NCBI RefSeq assembly: GCF_046119375.1
Contig: NW_027362765.1
Coordinates: 174,654,001-174,718,000 of the forward strand
Length of the DNA stretch: 64,000 bases
Source of the DNA: Phyllobates terribilis
Lineage: Eukaryota
Direction of reading: 5' to 3'
The notes below the pieces were generated by a model, which was not told the origin of the DNA, made no database searches, and saw only the letters and a program-made list of their open reading frames with translations. Numbering within the stretch: position 1 is the first letter of the stretch; every line of letters starts with the position of its first letter. A program made the position numbers and the translations under genes. Of this stretch, positions 62,871 through 64,000 are shown piece by piece.

Positions 62871-63015
62871 AAAGGCACTGGAAACAATATGGGTTAAACT
62901 GCGCTGCCGTTGAATGATGATGAAAAGACAGGCATATATCATTATATTATATTCCTGTCTTTTCATCATCATTCAATGGCAGCGCAGTTTAATCCATATT
63001 GTTTCCAGTGCCTTT
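62871..63015. repeat. 62-bp inverted repeat with a 21-nt AT-rich loop
   Basis: Arms 62871-62932 and 62954-63015; two mismatches, both G-U in the + strand RNA. Confidence 0.9.
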
Positions 63016-64000
63016 ATTTCCTTCATTGTGGGTGTGCAGCAGCCTACAGATATGTGCACACGTTGAGTATTTTGTGTGCAGAAATTTCTGCATCTCTTAG
63101 CAGGAAAACGCAGGCAAAAACGCACAGAGAATTGACATGCTGCAGATTATTTTCTGCACCAAATTTGCAACTCACAAATACGCAACGTGTGCATGACACT
63201 TCAGGTTTCTCATTCACTTTGCTGGCATCAGGCTTTGCTTCAGGTTTTGCTAGCAGATTTGCATGGCAAATCACACAACCCGATCAGGTGAGCACGATTG
63301 TTTGGTAAAGAATATGCACTATCTACCCAGATAAGACCCTATTGCGCTTTTTGTCCTTTCCAGGTTTTTTCTCGTATCTTATTTTACCTAGACCATAGTG
63401 TGCTTCTGGAATAGAATGAGGCTCACACTTTGGGCTGGGTGAAAAGTTATGTTAATAAGACATCATGGTTGCTTACCATGGAACAAAAATTATATCACAC
63501 TCTTCAGGAATTTCACCAACAAGTGCCGCTCAGGCAGTGCAGCCGGTATGTCACTATGTGCTTCTTGGGCAGCATCGGCATTTAGGGAATTCATGAAGTG
63601 TACTGTACATTGTGAGGATTACTGAAAGACAGGTGTGCACAGGGTATAACATAGCAACTGCATCTCTGTGTCTATCCAGGTAGGTGCTCACTGCACTCAA
63701 GAACCACCGCTGCTTAATACATTTGATTTCCAGCCCTTTGGCTGTCCCTGACCACGGGACACATGGGGCCCGCAGGCAGTAATTTCCCCAGGGCATGGCC
63801 TATTGGATTTTTATATACTATTTTTCACTACTGTATAATAGTAACACTAGTATGAACAATAATGAAATCCTGCAGAGGACCCTCCATATAATAGAGGTAT
63901 TCCGATAATGAGGACCAAATATAGATACCAGCAGTCGTGCCATACAGTCAGCATTATGCACTCGCCTGAATTGTATTGTGTCTCACAAATCCCCCTGCAT

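Noticed and set aside
60547-64000. Next SNX11 exon (TNSKAFTAKTSCVRRRY-like)
   Set aside because: Not found by eye; presumably beyond the window end.

Overview
Vertebrate genomic DNA, very probably an anuran frog (inferred from the gene sequences and the transposon repertoire). It contains the conserved NFE2L1-CBX1-SNX11 gene block. NFE2L1/Nrf1 is on + (5 coding exons, 9718-16205, about 723 aa). CBX1/HP1-beta is on - (4 coding exons, 43728 to about 54312). The 5' part of SNX11 is on +, sharing a bidirectional promoter with CBX1 (about 57340-57870). The 25 kb between the convergent 3' ends of NFE2L1 and CBX1 is almost all transposons: an intact piggyBac, an intact chromodomain-bearing Gypsy LTR element with near-identical LTRs, a decayed DIRS element fused to a DD37E Tc1 fragment, MITEs, and a Tc1 one base from intact. 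Four minisatellites generate the long repetitive ORFs in the track, which are not genes. Least obvious signals: (1) two Penelope-like fold-back insertions with target-site duplications that carry minimal hammerhead ribozyme motifs, one with an intact core in the sense orientation of an SNX11 intron; (2) CBX1 has TTG where vertebrate orthologues have the initiator ATG, with an in-frame stop just upstream, suggesting non-AUG initiation or an N-terminally truncated HP1-beta; (3) the Gypsy element has a self-priming (tRNA-independent) primer site and a -1 frameshift pseudoknot. All alignments were done by eye and no database searches were run.
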